This document shows, piece after piece, positions 62,570 to 64,000 of a stretch of DNA of 64,000 nt. The notes under the pieces were generated by a model that did no database searches, had not been told where the DNA came from, and saw only the letters and a list, made by a program, of their open reading frames with translations. The stretch's first letter is position 1. Each line of letters begins with the position of its first letter. Both the position numbers and the translations under genes were made by a program. The DNA is from Alphaproteobacteria bacterium (GTDB taxonomy: Bacteria; Pseudomonadota; Alphaproteobacteria; MPNO01), in the NCBI GenBank assembly GCA_965202905.1, contig OZ241868.1, forward strand, positions 2,524,208 to 2,588,207, read 5' to 3'.

Positions 62570-64000
62570 CGGATCCGGCGACCGCCCGCCAGATGCGCTC
62601 CGGCGTCAGCGGCATGGCGATGTCGGTGACGTCGTGCCCGGACAGGGCATCGAGCTTGGCCGCGACCAGCGCCGCGGGTGCGCCGATGGCGCCGGACTCG
62701 CCGCAGCCATTGGTGCCCATCGGGTTGTGGGGACAGGGCTGGGATTCGTCGACCTCCGAACGGAAGGACGGCAGGTCGTCGGCCCGCGGGATCGCGTAGT
62801 CCATCAAGGAGCCCGACAAGAGCTGGCCGCTGGCGGGATCGTAGACCACGTCCTCCATCATCGCCTGGCCGATGCCCTGGGCGAGTCCGCCATGGACCTG
62901 GCCCTCGACGATCATCGGGTTGATCACCGTGCCGACATCATCGACCACACAGTAGCCGGCGATCGCCATGGCCCCGGTATCGGGGTCTCTCTCGATTTCG
63001 GCGACATGGGCGCCGTTGGAAAAGGCGAAATTCCGAGGGTCGTAGAACGCGGTTTCGGTCGGGCCGGGCTCCAGGCTCTCGTGCGGGTAGTCATGAGGGA
63101 CGTGCGCGCGCTCGGCCACCGCGGCGAACGACACGGAACGGTCGGTGCCGGCGATGGTGAACGCGCCGTCGGCGAACGCGATGTCGCCTTCGGCGACCTC
63201 CAGCTTATAGGCGACGATGCGCCTGGATTTCTCGATCACCTTGTCAGCGGCGTTGCACAGCGCCGAGCCGCCCACCGCGAGCGCGAGCCGAACGTGCCGG
63301 CGCCGAACTGGACGACCGCGGTGTCTCCCTCGACGATCTCGATCCTGTCCAGCCCGAGCCTGAACCGGTCGGACAGGATCTGGGCGAAGGTGGTCGCGTG
63401 GCCTTGGCCGTGGTTATGCGTGCCGGGCAGCGCGCGCAGATTGCCCTGGCGGTCGACGCGGAGTTCGGCGGATTCGAACATCGCGAGCCGTCCGCCGAAG
63501 GTGCCCAGCAGGCGCGAGGGCGCAACGCCTGAAGACTCGACGTAGTTGGCAATGCCGATGCCGCGCAGCCGGCCGTTCGCTTCGGCCCGGCGCCGGGCCG
63601 AAGCCGTCATAGTCCGAGGCCGCCAGCGCGCGGGCCATGATGCGCGGGAAGTCGCCGCAGTCACAGGTCGGCCCGATCGGCGTCGCGTAAGGCATGACCG
63701 AGGCCGGGATCGGGTTGCGGCGGCGGATTTCCGTCCGCTCGAGCCCGGTCGCCGCCGCGGCCTTGTCCGCCAGGCGCTCCAGCACGTAGCCGGCTTCCGG
63801 CCAGCCGGCGCCGCGGTAGGCATCGGTCGGCGTCGTGTTGGTGAAGACCCCGGTGACCGGACGTGGATCGTCGGGGTCTTGTAGACACCCGCCAGCAGGG
63901 CCGTGTAGATCGCGCTCGGGATGCCCGCGCCGACGGTCGAGTTGCAGGCGCCGAGATCGGCGTGGGTGAGAACGCGCAAACCGAGAAAGGCGCCGACCGC
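62570..64000 (-). pseudogene. CoxL/xanthine dehydrogenase Mo-binding subunit, 3' part, with multiple frameshifts
   Basis: FTNTTPTDAYRGAG, HNHGQGHATT, DDVGTVINPMIVEGQVHGG and GCGESGAIGAPAA are spread over several frames; no clean stop. Confidence 0.85.

Overview
High-GC (about 70%) window, probably from an alphaproteobacterium. Positions 1-11 kb, with outliers at about 18-21 kb, 27 kb and 38.8 kb, carry a lasso-peptide locus. It has a partial HPr-kinase-like tailoring kinase, a PAPS-dependent sulfotransferase, an asparagine-synthetase-like lasso cyclase and one intact B2 protease. It also has a dispersed array of about 11-12 precursor genes, most of them too short or frameshifted to appear as clean ORFs in the supplied track. 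The precursors share a leader (…QDEAxxRWTRPxIxELxxVxxTx|) but have very different cores. The cores start mostly with Gly/Ser, have an acidic residue at position 9, carry Tyr in the tail and end in Ser. Several leaders run through poly-C tracts of 11-18 nt that set the reading frame. The array is interleaved with decayed B2 copies, a repeated sigma70-like promoter, seven copies of a divergent single-TM small-protein gene, and IS and recombinase remnants. The rest of the window is mostly metabolic and transport genes: cysQ, sua5, acyl-CoA dehydrogenase, aromatic/pyridine catabolic enzymes, TRAP/ABC systems and a B12 radical SAM enzyme. It also holds an unannotated CxxU Rdx/SelW-like selenoprotein, a 133-bp CTAG-flanked MITE-like repeat and several VNTRs. 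Several genes are frameshifted, so indel sequencing or assembly error is a real caveat. All assignments come from motif recognition by eye; no database searches were run.
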